From assembly GCA_041736175.1 (NCBI GenBank), contig JBGSUI010000072.1, positions 1-36,480 of the forward strand: a DNA stretch of 36,480 nucleotides, written 5' to 3'. The stretch's first letter is position 1. Each line of letters opens with the position of its first letter. This stretch comes from Oligoflexales bacterium (lineage in GTDB: Bacteria > Bdellovibrionota_B > Oligoflexia > Oligoflexales > CAIYRB01). The translations under genes were made by a program, and so were the position numbers. This document shows positions 36,107-36,480 of the stretch, piece after piece. Below the pieces are notes generated by a model that saw only the letters and a list, made by a program, of their open reading frames with translations, was not told the origin of the DNA and did not search any database.

Positions 36107-36305
36107 AGACTATTATCGGATAAATAGTCCATTTTTTACAGACTATACATCACTATCGGATAAATTATCTTTCAATTTTAGTCGTAACATATATCTATTA
36201 CAGGGTTTATAGTAAGAATTAGACTGCTGATGTGTATCATATACATCGTGATCGGATGAATTACTTGACTTCCATCCCACTAAACTATATTATCGGATGG
36301 ATAGC
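36107..36305. repeat. Four-copy ATCGGAT-core direct repeat array
   Basis: TATCGGATAAAT at 36114 and 36154, GATCGGATGAAT at 36250, TATCGGATGGAT at 36291. Confidence 0.7.
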
Positions 36306-36480
36306 ATTTGATGAAATCTCCTATACTATTAAATTAACTATTGAACTAAGCGCGCTCGCGCGCAGTCCTATCCCGAGCATCCGGGCAGATTGTAGCTTTC
36401 CTTCCGGCATAATCTCGGCACATTTTATTCAATTCCTAGACCTCTGAATCTCAGACTCCATTTAAATATAGCTAATTTTT

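Noticed and set aside
36107..36305. CRISPR array
   Set aside because: Conserved core is only 7-12 bp, spacing is irregular (40, 96, 41) and there are no cas genes in the window.
35709..36447. Small plus-strand ORFs 35709..35933 and 36232..36447
   Set aside because: No convincing RBS or recognisable motifs; they lie in repeat-rich or promoter-like DNA.
36425..36480. Possible 3' end of a minus-strand gene entering from the right (...KLAIFKWSLRFRGLGIE*)
   Set aside because: Only 17 codons visible; cannot be distinguished from a chance open frame.

Overview
Bacterial chromosomal window. The gene types (TPR/winged-helix regulator, MIDAS/vWA lipoprotein, DUF222-like HNH protein, myxobacterial-style TonB-dependent receptor) suggest Bdellovibrionota, probably Oligoflexia; this is inference, not a database result. 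Left part: a partial TonB gene absent from the ORF track, divergent from a TonB-dependent receptor and lipoprotein; a methyltransferase; a TPR-wHTH regulator with a sigma54-type promoter; a GGDEF cyclase; a xylFGH-like sugar ABC transporter; pruA; an ABC1/UbiB kinase; and tdk-dapD. Middle: orphan secreted proteins and an AT-rich islet beside tRNA-Ser(CGA), holding a frameshifted lipoprotein pseudogene, a 5'-truncated BrnT-like toxin and an intact antitoxin. Next is a tightly coupled 9-gene Fe-S operon (sufBCDSU, nfu, a HicB-N-like/NifU fusion, an IscR-like rrf2 and a lone nuoB) with an IscR-like operator. Right part: apaG-hemH, a methyltransferase, two large lipoproteins with sigma28-like promoters, and an HNH nuclease gene. 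Best candidates for new biology: (1) the HNH gene, bracketed by two extensively base-paired non-coding elements and preceded by a four-copy ATCGGAT array, which could be an RNA-associated nuclease or a hairpin-ended mobile element; (2) the unusual tail of the SUF operon. All folds and family calls were made by eye.
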